A DNA stretch of 64,000 bases. Source: an uncultured Collinsella sp. Its GTDB lineage: Bacteria > Actinomycetota > Coriobacteriia > Coriobacteriales > Coriobacteriaceae. Shown one piece after another: positions 37,363-45,990 of this stretch. Under the pieces are notes generated by a model. The model ran no database searches and was not told the origin of the DNA. It worked only from the letters and a program-made list of their open reading frames with translations. Each line of letters begins with the position of its first letter. Within the stretch, counting starts at the first letter, position 1. The stretch spans positions 1,708 to 65,707 of the forward strand of contig CAAENA010000090.1 of assembly GCA_900757205.1 (NCBI GenBank), read 5' to 3'. Position numbers and translations under genes: made by a program.

Positions 37363-38715
37363 CTACTCAGCAGCGCCGAGCGCATTCACAGCGGCAACAA
37401 AAGCCGCAACCTGCTTGTCATCCATCTGCGTGGCTAAACGCCCCACGGGCTCGTCGTAAGCAAACTGCACCTTATCGATAAAGCAATCCCAAGCACGCTC
37501 GTCCACACGCACGGCGGCCTCGCAGTACTGGCTGAGCTTTTTGAGTCCATACCAAAACGCATTCACATGGCGCGCAGGATCCTCATCCAGCACCCCATCG
37601 TAGCGCCGTCCGTTAAACTCACGCATGCGCGCCACGGCAACCTCGAGCGAGTCGCCGCCGTCGGCCGAAGCCTCGTCCACAAGCTCGGGAATCGCAACCT
37701 CGCGCCGGACATTGTGCCTGGTAGCACCGTCGTACTCGCCCACCAACACGTCTTCGTCAAACCGATCATCGTAGTCGAAATAACTGCTACCCCGGCAAAT
37801 CCCATGCAGCGAGCCGGTGCCAAAGGCACGGAACAACCCGCCATCGGCAACAACGCACCTATAAGTCTCAAACGACTTCTTAACCTGAGAGAGCAACTCG
37901 GAAAGCTCTCCGGCATCGCACCCCGTCTCGCACTCGACGCAAGCAGACTTCGGCAACGATACCGGCTCCACCGTGCTCCCTGCAACGCGGGCAGCGCGTT
38001 CGGCCCGATACGCTTGGGCTGCCAAGTGCGCTCGCTGCGCAGCACCGCGCACATTAGTAAGCTCGCGCTCCAGCGCCACATCGCCAGCCACATCGCTCGC
38101 AAACGCGTCAACACCCTGCGGGCCGGTCGCACTCAGCTCGGACTCAAACGTCGCCGCGATCATGCCGGCAAGGTCCGTTGCGTCGGCGGCACAACGCAGT
38201 TGCTCCAACTGCGTGCATAGCAGATTGGCATCCAAGGGTGCGGCATCCACAACGCGCACGTCGCTCAGACGCGCCGCGCCCTGCAACACCAAAGCCCCCG
38301 CAGCATCGTATGCCGCACGAACCCTGCCCGCCGTATTGGCAAGCAGCTTTACCTCGATAAACGCAAGCGTCTGCTCCAAGCGGGTCAACAGCTCGGCCTT
38401 GTCCTCCATACGCAAAAAGGCAGCGTAGCGCCGCTCCATCTGCAACGGGCCCACAACGCCTACCTGCTTGCGAGCGCGCGCAAGAGAATCAAATTCAACG
38501 CGGCGTACATACCCGTCAACGGCCCGCACGGCAGACTCACGCGCAGCACGCTCGGCAGCCTCGACGCCCCCGATCACGGCCAGTAGCTCGCGGGAGCGCG
38601 CCTTGCGCAATAACTCCCCGCGATCGTACTGCTCAAGCGCCGTCTGACGCTTGGCTACCGACTCAAAGCCAAAGAGCTCATCGAGCAGCTCGCCAACAGA
38701 ACGTTCTTCCGCCAT
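37363..38715 (-). CDS. Hypothetical protein (450 aa) downstream of brxL
   Basis: Long ORF with a GAGGAGG RBS. No family recognised. Confidence 0.75.
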   Translation of the reverse strand: MAEERSVGELLDELFGFESVAKRQTALEQYDRGELLRKARSRELLAVIGGVEAAERAARESAVRAVDGYVRRVEFDSLARARKQVGVVGPLQMERRYAAFLRMEDKAELLTRLEQTLAFIEVKLLANTAGRVRAAYDAAGALVLQGAARLSDVRVVDAAPLDANLLCTQLEQLRCAADATDLAGMIAATFESELSATGPQGVDAFASDVAGDVALERELTNVRGAAQRAHLAAQAYRAERAARVAGSTVEPVSLPKSACVECETGCDAGELSELLSQVKKSFETYRCVVADGGLFRAFGTGSLHGICRGSSYFDYDDRFDEDVLVGEYDGATRHNVRREVAIPELVDEASADGGDSLEVAVARMREFNGRRYDGVLDEDPARHVNAFWYGLKKLSQYCEAAVRVDERAWDCFIDKVQFAYDEPVGRLATQMDDKQVAAFVAAVNALGAAE

Positions 38716-38808
38716 GGCAAGGCCTCCTCACGCGCAGCACGCCAACATGCTCGCGGGCTCACGTGCGCATCAAACGCCTCGCGCACGCAAGCCCGCACGC
38801 TCGCACCC

Positions 38809-41190
38809 CTACAGATCCAACGCCTTCTTCGCGGCATCGACCGGGTCGCCATCCATGTAGAACACCGGGCTCAACCCCGAGATAATCTCGGAGGAAACGC
38901 TCTGCAGGCCCGCGATGGCGCTCAGCGGCAATATCACGCGCTTGGCGCCGGCGTTTTTGGCCACGCGCATAATGTCCTCGAGCCCGCGGATCTCGTCCAT
39001 AGAGCCCGACATGCGCAAGATTCCCGGAACCGCCAGCGCGGACATCACCGGGCGGTTACACGCCGCAGAGCAAAGGCCCACAAACTCGGCAAGCGAAACT
39101 TCCTCGGACAGGCCCTTGCTCTGCAGGTCGTTGTAGAACAGCAGATAATCCTTGGAGCCAATGTGCATGCCCGGCGCCACACGGTTCGCCAGGTTCACAA
39201 AGTTGTCGAACGCGGCCTCCAGCGTATCGCGCACCGGCTTGTTAAAGGCAACGCCCTCGTGCTTAAACTTGCACTCGCCGGCAACGGCCTTGTTCTCCAG
39301 CTTGTACACGGCAACCTCGCCGCCCTGCGACCTACCCACACCAAACACGTGACCGGACAGCAACGGGCCATCGGGAATCAACGTATCCTCGGACTGCTCG
39401 GGCACGCGCACCACGTGCACGTCCTGCGGATTATCGGCATCCATATAGCCCAGGTTGACGTCGATAAACTCGACGCCCGCCATAATCTTGAGCTGCTCCT
39501 TTACGCGACGACGGCCCTCGATGGCGTAGTCCAGCAGCCAGCGCACGTCGTCCTTGTCCATAGCCTCGTCGGGGAACAGCAGCTTGGCCAGGCCGCTAAA
39601 GGACTTGCGCACGGCAATCTCGTCACGTTTGTTAAAGTCGCTGTTAAAGCGGAAGTAGCGGTCGATATGATGCGTAAAGTCCTTGCGGCGCATCTCCTTG
39701 CAAAACTCCGACAGGCAGTCGGTGATTAAGCCGTAATGCCCGGTCAGCAGGCTCGAGCGCATCTTGGGAATCTCCCAGCCCGGCAGGTAATAGTGGATAC
39801 GGTCGAAGAAGGCCGAATCGTTGTTAAACTCCGGCGGGAACGGATCAAACAGGTGCGTGGTCTTAAGGACGTTTTGCACGGTGTCGTTGATGTTGCCCTC
39901 AAAGACCATGGAGGCATCGGCGTTAATCTGGTCGCGGCCGCGCGCGTAGCTGCCACTCGCCATATAGTCCTTCATAATCTGCACGGCGTTGGTGTCCTTA
40001 AAGCGCATGCCGGCGACCTCGTCGAACGTCACGCAATCCCAATGGCCCACCAAGCCCACGCGATCGGCGCGCATGGAGTTCATACGGCCGAACAAGTTGG
40101 CCGTGGTGGTCTGGCCGCCCGAAAGCAAGATGGCATAGGGCGAGACCTCTTTGTAGATATGGCTCTTGCCGGTGCCACGGGGACCCAACTCGCACAGATT
40201 GTAATTGCGCTCGATCAGCGGCACCATGCGCTCGATAAAGTGCAGGCGCTCCTTCTCCGAAAGCTCGCTGGGCTCATAGCCGGCAGAGCGCAGCAGCATG
40301 TTGAGCCACTCGTCGCGCGAGAAATACTGGCGCTCGTCGATCATGGCCTCCAGGTCCAGGTTGGGCATCTGGATAGGCGTGAGCGACGCCACGCTAAACG
40401 GAGAGTCCTCGGGTCCGCGCTTTTTGCGCTTGGCCTTGGAACGGCGCGGCGCATCGTCGCCAAAGACCTCCATGCCAAACTCGTCTTCCTCTTCCATGGG
40501 ATGACGATACTCGATGCTCATGATGCACCAAATGCCGCCCTGCAGAATCTTGGAGTAGTCGCGCACGTACTCGGCCGGCATCACAAACGGCTCAATGGTC
40601 AGATTGGCAAACGACGCCACGTAGATGTCTTTGTATTCGTCGAGCTTGGCCGTCACCTTATCGATAATGGTAAAGCGACCCAGCTCGCGAATCTTGGACT
40701 TGATGCGCTCGGACTCGTCGGGACGCACGTAGTTATCGGTGAGGATCTTGCGGATGCGCTCCAGGCCCTCTGCCACGGCATCCTCGTCATCGGTTGAGCA
40801 GTACATGCCCAGCAGGTACTCCAGCACAAAGGTGGGCACGTTGGCGCCACGCTTCATAAGGGCCGTGAGGTCCTTGCGCACGATCTTGCCGCCAAAGTGC
40901 TCGAGCAGCTTGCCGTCCAGTCCATCCATATCGTAGCCGTCGTCCTCGGGAGCCTCGGCCACGGCTTGGGCATAGCCATCGGTCGAGGATTCGTCCTCGG
41001 CGGGCGCCACGACCTCAGCGGGCGCAGCGGTCTCCATCGGCTCCGGGACAGGCGCAGCGGCCACGGCCTCTGCGGCAGCCTCAGCCTCCGGGGCAGGCAC
41101 GGCCTCCCCTGCAGGCACCGCAGCCCGCACGGGCGTATTCACATCAATCGAGGGAACTTCCCATAGATCGTCGTCATGGCTATCAAACAT
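38809..41190 (-). CDS. brxL: BREX AAA+/Lon-like protein BrxL
   Basis: GKIVRKDLT, NVPTFVLEYLLGMYC, Walker A GPRGTGKS, FDEVAG, MKDYMASGSYARG and a C-terminal Lon-like domain. AGGAG RBS before ATG 41190. Confidence 0.93.
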   Translation of the reverse strand: MFDSHDDDLWEVPSIDVNTPVRAAVPAGEAVPAPEAEAAAEAVAAAPVPEPMETAAPAEVVAPAEDESSTDGYAQAVAEAPEDDGYDMDGLDGKLLEHFGGKIVRKDLTALMKRGANVPTFVLEYLLGMYCSTDDEDAVAEGLERIRKILTDNYVRPDESERIKSKIRELGRFTIIDKVTAKLDEYKDIYVASFANLTIEPFVMPAEYVRDYSKILQGGIWCIMSIEYRHPMEEEDEFGMEVFGDDAPRRSKAKRKKRGPEDSPFSVASLTPIQMPNLDLEAMIDERQYFSRDEWLNMLLRSAGYEPSELSEKERLHFIERMVPLIERNYNLCELGPRGTGKSHIYKEVSPYAILLSGGQTTTANLFGRMNSMRADRVGLVGHWDCVTFDEVAGMRFKDTNAVQIMKDYMASGSYARGRDQINADASMVFEGNINDTVQNVLKTTHLFDPFPPEFNNDSAFFDRIHYYLPGWEIPKMRSSLLTGHYGLITDCLSEFCKEMRRKDFTHHIDRYFRFNSDFNKRDEIAVRKSFSGLAKLLFPDEAMDKDDVRWLLDYAIEGRRRVKEQLKIMAGVEFIDVNLGYMDADNPQDVHVVRVPEQSEDTLIPDGPLLSGHVFGVGRSQGGEVAVYKLENKAVAGECKFKHEGVAFNKPVRDTLEAAFDNFVNLANRVAPGMHIGSKDYLLFYNDLQSKGLSEEVSLAEFVGLCSAACNRPVMSALAVPGILRMSGSMDEIRGLEDIMRVAKNAGAKRVILPLSAIAGLQSVSSEIISGLSPVFYMDGDPVDAAKKALDL

Positions 41191-41201
41191 AGGGCACACT
41201 C

Positions 41202-43910
41202 CTAAAAACCAAAGTCAGCAACAGGGGCAAACGAAACAGCGATGGTGTACGTCTCGCGCCAAACGATCTTGCCCGTCTCACGTTCGCGGCAGACCAGATA
41301 GTACGGATCCTTGGCCGAGAACCCATTGGCCGCATGCAGCGCAAACTTGGCATGCACCACGCGATCCTGCGAGTTTGCAGAGACCTTGTTGGCATGCGCT
41401 TTGACCGTATCGCTCACCTCGTTGCCGCTTGCATCGGTAAACACCAGCTCGTACTCGCACGGCAAGACCTTACCTTGGGCAGGTTCTTCCTGGATCAAGT
41501 TGACCGAGAAGAGCGAGTTGGTCACTCGACGTCCCTCACTCAGTACGCGCAGCGTCGCTGCGCGCGTATCGACAAAGTCCTTGGAACCCGAGCGCGCACG
41601 CCAAAATCCGATAACGGGCACGCAAAGCTCCTGCAGGCTCATGCCGCCATGGACGTAGTTGTTAGTACCGCCGGGACGCCTAAAGTGCACGTTCTCGCGC
41701 GGGGCAAACCCCTCAAAGCCGGCGCACAAACGTCCCATGTTAACATTAACAAACACCCCACGCACCTCGTCCGAAAGCTCGCCCACGGCCTCGTTGGGCA
41801 CCACCAGATGACGCTTGCCGTACATGACGGGAGCGTCAAGGACGGGAAGGTCCGGCTTGCCGAGCATCTGGCACTCGCTGAGCTCCCGACGCGTGTAGAT
41901 AAAGCCGTGGTCCGCCGTTATAACAACACGCGCACCCAGGGCGTCGGTGCACACGCGACGCGCCAACGCAGCAAGTTCCTCCACGGTGTCCGCACAGGCA
42001 TCGAAGACGTCATCCTGCGTAGCGGCCTTCTCGCCCGTAGCATCGATCTTGTTGTGGTAGAGATAAACGAGCTTAGAGTCCTTGAGCAGTGCCTTGCGCT
42101 CGGTTCCCGCCATGTTGAGGTATGCGCTCGAGCGCAAAGCGCGGGCCGTAGACTCAACGTGGGCAAGCACGGCCTCGCGCTGCGGAGTCGTTGCGGTGGG
42201 CATGCCGTCAGCCAGCACGAACGCGCCATCCGTTGCAAGCTTAAGCGCCTGGTGTGGCAGCAGCGCGGGCATGCCCACCTCGGTAATGGAGGGAAAGACC
42301 GCCTGCATACTAGAGACCTTGACATTGCCGCCGCGCTCGCGCTCGAGCAGCGCCGCAACGTCGCGGGCCACCTCATAGCGCAGCGCGTCGCTCACGATAA
42401 CGACTATCGTTTTGGCAGAGCCCACAAAGGTGGGCAGTACATGCCAGTAGAACTCATCCTGCCGTGCAGGGCCATCGATGTAGCCGCAATCGGCCCACTC
42501 CCCTTGCGCAGCGGTCGCCCAGCAGGCATTGGCGTCGGTCAAGAACCAGTTGCTGTAGAGATTCTCCGCCCAGTCCACTACGGCTCGGGCAGGTTCCTCG
42601 AGCACATCGCACTCGACGGAACGTGCCCGCAAATACGCGGTGCACATATGGCGATAGGCAGCGTCCATGACATACCAATCGGACGTGTAGGCATCCCATA
42701 CCTGCTGGGGTTGCGCCAGATGGAACCCGCCAGCGTGTGCCTGCCTAAATGCGCACATATCGGCCACAGCGGCAAGCAGGTCAAAGTAGCTCTCAACGCG
42801 ACGGTACCAGCTTAGGTCGCAACGACGCGCCGCAAAGGTGCGCGCGTCCTCAACACGGTCCGCGCCCTGGGCAAACGAGCAGAACAGCTGCGAGAGCACG
42901 GCCTCATTGACGCACGGGAACACGTCGAGCGAGGCCAGCACATCGATCGGCAGGGCCTCAAACCGTGCAAAGAGCCCACGGGCATCCTCGACCAAACGGC
43001 AAATCTCAAATAAATCCTCGCTCGATGCCTGGGCATCGGCGGCCTGATCCCACGTACGCACCGCTTCAAGGCAATAGGGGCCGTAGGCGGGAGCCACATA
43101 GCTCTCGAGCCCCTTGAGCGCTCCCTCGGGAAGCACGGTGGATGCCGCCGTGATGAGCACATGGGATGCCAGCGCAAGCAGCGAATCACGCTCATACAGC
43201 GGGCCCTCAAACCCATAGCAACGCACGATGAAGGCAGAGAGGGCATCGCGCACGCAGTACTTGTCCGCCAACTCGGCCAGCGCCTCGGGACCCTCGTGCA
43301 GCAGCGTGGTCATGCAGCCGCGCAGTACAAACGCGGGCCGCGCGTCGCCCGGCTCTTTACCGCCAAAGATCACCGTAAGGATTCCAAGCTCGATATCGGA
43401 TGCGCCCGAGGCATGCGGAACACACACAGCGAACTTCGCGCAGCGGGTCTTGGCATCAAAGAACGCCTTGTGCTCGCGAAGGCCCTCGCGCACGGCGTCG
43501 ATATTCTCGATACCCAGCCGATCGGCCAGAAGCGAAAGATAGTCAGCCTGGAACCGATCGGCATACAGCTCAACATCGGCAAGCCAATCGCCCTCAAGCC
43601 TGCCGCGCGGGCAACGGCGATACAGCAAGATATCGTTCGCAAGGTCATCGCGGTTAATGAGCTTCTTGACGGCAAACATGCGGCCCTCGCAGGCCTCAAC
43701 AAACCGCACCGGACGCTCAAAGTTACCGTGAGCAGGCATAACGCCGCCATCGGTCCCCGCGCCGTCGAAACCCTCGGCAGCCAATCGCTCAAACTCAGAG
43801 GCAAACTCGCCGTCCGCATCGTGCCAAACCACCACACGACGCGGCACGCATGCGGGCAACGGTTGCAAAAACCGCAGCTTGAGCTGTTCTTCTACATCGA
43901 TCTTGGGCAT
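41202..43910 (-). CDS. pglZ: BREX alkaline-phosphatase-family protein PglZ
   Basis: RRVVVWHD, VSDALRYEVA, PSITEVGMPALLP, YHNKIDATG, TADHGF and YVHGGMSLQE. Confidence 0.93.
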   Translation of the reverse strand: MPKIDVEEQLKLRFLQPLPACVPRRVVVWHDADGEFASEFERLAAEGFDGAGTDGGVMPAHGNFERPVRFVEACEGRMFAVKKLINRDDLANDILLYRRCPRGRLEGDWLADVELYADRFQADYLSLLADRLGIENIDAVREGLREHKAFFDAKTRCAKFAVCVPHASGASDIELGILTVIFGGKEPGDARPAFVLRGCMTTLLHEGPEALAELADKYCVRDALSAFIVRCYGFEGPLYERDSLLALASHVLITAASTVLPEGALKGLESYVAPAYGPYCLEAVRTWDQAADAQASSEDLFEICRLVEDARGLFARFEALPIDVLASLDVFPCVNEAVLSQLFCSFAQGADRVEDARTFAARRCDLSWYRRVESYFDLLAAVADMCAFRQAHAGGFHLAQPQQVWDAYTSDWYVMDAAYRHMCTAYLRARSVECDVLEEPARAVVDWAENLYSNWFLTDANACWATAAQGEWADCGYIDGPARQDEFYWHVLPTFVGSAKTIVVIVSDALRYEVARDVAALLERERGGNVKVSSMQAVFPSITEVGMPALLPHQALKLATDGAFVLADGMPTATTPQREAVLAHVESTARALRSSAYLNMAGTERKALLKDSKLVYLYHNKIDATGEKAATQDDVFDACADTVEELAALARRVCTDALGARVVITADHGFIYTRRELSECQMLGKPDLPVLDAPVMYGKRHLVVPNEAVGELSDEVRGVFVNVNMGRLCAGFEGFAPRENVHFRRPGGTNNYVHGGMSLQELCVPVIGFWRARSGSKDFVDTRAATLRVLSEGRRVTNSLFSVNLIQEEPAQGKVLPCEYELVFTDASGNEVSDTVKAHANKVSANSQDRVVHAKFALHAANGFSAKDPYYLVCRERETGKIVWRETYTIAVSFAPVADFGF

Positions 43911-43933
43911 GAATATCCTTACCGTATCTGCAG

Positions 43934-44902
43934 TTACTTAATCTTTGCCAGCACATCCTGAAACTTGGCGTAGTTGACCTTGACGCCGTCATCCAGGTCG
44001 ATCTTAATCATCTGGTCTGCCAAGTGGTGCAGCTTCTCCTCGAAGGCAATAGTCTCTTTGAGCTGGTCGTTGAGCTTTTTGACGCGCTTATCCAAACGCA
44101 CGCGCTCGCCGCGCTCGGCGGTGGCAAGGGCATCGTTGGCGTAGCCGATCTGGGCACGGTAACGCTCCTGCTGCTCGTGCACATAGTCGGTGCGGATGCG
44201 AGCCAGCAAGTCGGGCTGATAGCGATGCATGTAGACAAGGCACTTAAAGCCATTTTTCTTGCCACTGTCGAACAGCCAGTAAATGGGGCGTTTCTTATAG
44301 GTCTGGCAGTGGTCCTTATAGAAGTCCTTCAAAAAGTAGGTACGGATTACCTCGCGCGAGGTACCCTTGCCGCCGAGTGCCTCGGCAATAAAGGCCAGGT
44401 TCTGCTCAAGCGTCTCCTCACCATACACAGTGCGCACAAAGTCGATAAAGTAGCGCACGATGTCGTCGTCAAAGTACTCGTCGTCGGTAATCGGCAGCAC
44501 GTTGTCGCTATCGGGCATAAAGGTCACATGCGTGGGATCGGGCATCTTGGCCCGATAGTCGTCGACCGTGGCACCCTGATCGGCCAGGACCAAGCCATCC
44601 ACGTCCAGCGAGTAGCGGCCAAACATGCAACCCACGGCATAGCTTATGAGCGAGGTAATCTCGTCGCGCTTGGTGCGCACGTATTTGTTGCCCTTATAGC
44701 TCTCGGGAATCTCGTCAGCAGTGTCGAAGATGCACGCCACCGAGACGTACTTATCCTCGACCTCGATGGGCACCTCCCCCTCCATGTTGTAGATCTTGGC
44801 AAAGATTCGGTTGAGCTCCTCCTCGTTAGCGCGAAGCTGCTCAAACCTCTCGTTGACCTCGGCCTTGCGGGCCTCGTATTTATCTTGAAGTAAAGTGGCC
44901 AT
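43934..44902 (-). CDS. pglX: PglX C-terminal part encoded as a separate gene (322 aa)
   Basis: RFEQLRANEEELNRIF, SYAVGCMFGRYSLD, YKKRPIYWLFDSGK and IDLDDGVKVNYAKF, the canonical PglX C-terminus. Own GAAAGGA RBS before ATG 44902. Confidence 0.88.
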   Translation of the reverse strand: MATLLQDKYEARKAEVNERFEQLRANEEELNRIFAKIYNMEGEVPIEVEDKYVSVACIFDTADEIPESYKGNKYVRTKRDEITSLISYAVGCMFGRYSLDVDGLVLADQGATVDDYRAKMPDPTHVTFMPDSDNVLPITDDEYFDDDIVRYFIDFVRTVYGEETLEQNLAFIAEALGGKGTSREVIRTYFLKDFYKDHCQTYKKRPIYWLFDSGKKNGFKCLVYMHRYQPDLLARIRTDYVHEQQERYRAQIGYANDALATAERGERVRLDKRVKKLNDQLKETIAFEEKLHHLADQMIKIDLDDGVKVNYAKFQDVLAKIK

Positions 44903-45203
44903 AGTGGGCCGTCCTTTCGATCTGAGAGCCCAATAAAAGGGCATTGCGTTAGCCACAAATCTTTACCGCAAATTATCTAGGACACTAGAACGATCTCTAG
45001 CGTTACGGAAATAATCGTAAATACGAGATAATGCAGCGAGATGCCCCCTTCCTTCCCTCCCTCTTCATTGCGACATGCATGGCAATAAAATGGACCATTT
45101 ATTGATAAGGTATTATTCAAGTCAAAATTCAAGAATGGAATGTCACTCGACGAAGCCAGGCAGAACGGGAAGAATGTGCGCTGCCAATCCACCTAATTGT
45201 TCA

Positions 45204-45980
45204 TTACCTAATCGCTAAATAAATAACAGCAGGAATTGAAGCGCAAACGAGTATGCTGTAATAAGCGAGCGAAGACTCAGCGGATATCTTACTTTCAAAC
45301 AAAGGAATCGAATAAACCACTTGAAGAATTGCAGGCAAAAAAAGAATGCAAACAATTCCTATGCACAAAATAGGTTTGTAGAAAATACCACGTTTATTAT
45401 GCGATATTTCCGGTGTAGGAGACTTGAACTGAAGGCACTCTTTAAGTTGTTGCTCAACCTTATTCATGAGATCATCAATAGATTTATCTGAGACTAGTAG
45501 ATGACGAAAGGGGATCGATTCATCAAGCTCCGCCTCCGAAGAAAGCGGAGCTTCCTTCAAAATATCTCGGTGATAATGAGCCGTGGCTTCTTCTTTCGTA
45601 AAGCCTTTCAACTCCATTAAGTATTGGATGTTATTCCCCTCCTCCTCTTCGGATTTGGTTAACGCCTCTTCAAAACTGTCTAGGCATTTATTAAAGGTAC
45701 TCATAAATTTCGCAACATCACTAGATAATGCCTTGTTACCAGCAATTGCCAAATCGATGGCAATTGGCATTAGCTTCTCAGCGGCATTTCTATTCTTTCT
45801 CAAAGGAATAGAGTCTTTCAAATCAGTCAATAAAATGTAAAGATCTCTACAGGCGGACAGATGTTTATCTAGAGCAACTTTGCGTTTTTCGTAACCGAAA
45901 GCCAGCCATGCAGCAATGAAAACAGCAACCAGACTGAAAAATGAGCTAAGAAACTCAGCGGCAGAGAAATCCAGATTCAT
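45204..45980 (-). CDS. AT-rich hypothetical membrane protein inserted between the pglX parts
   Basis: AAGGAG RBS right after the pglX-N stop. One N-terminal and about two C-terminal hydrophobic segments. Confidence 0.8.
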   Translation of the reverse strand: MNLDFSAAEFLSSFFSLVAVFIAAWLAFGYEKRKVALDKHLSACRDLYILLTDLKDSIPLRKNRNAAEKLMPIAIDLAIAGNKALSSDVAKFMSTFNKCLDSFEEALTKSEEEEGNNIQYLMELKGFTKEEATAHYHRDILKEAPLSSEAELDESIPFRHLLVSDKSIDDLMNKVEQQLKECLQFKSPTPEISHNKRGIFYKPILCIGIVCILFLPAILQVVYSIPLFESKISAESSLAYYSILVCASIPAVIYLAIR

Positions 45981-45990
45981 GAGAGCTCCT

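Noticed and set aside
38809..39400. BrxL Lon-like domain appears to lack the catalytic Ser-Lys dyad (IRGLEDIMRVA where Lon has GGLKEK)
   Set aside because: Degenerate, non-proteolytic Lon domains are already known for BrxL.
44977..45192. 71-aa minus-strand ORF between the cargo gene and pglX-C
   Set aside because: GTG start with no convincing RBS and no recognisable motif; may be spurious.
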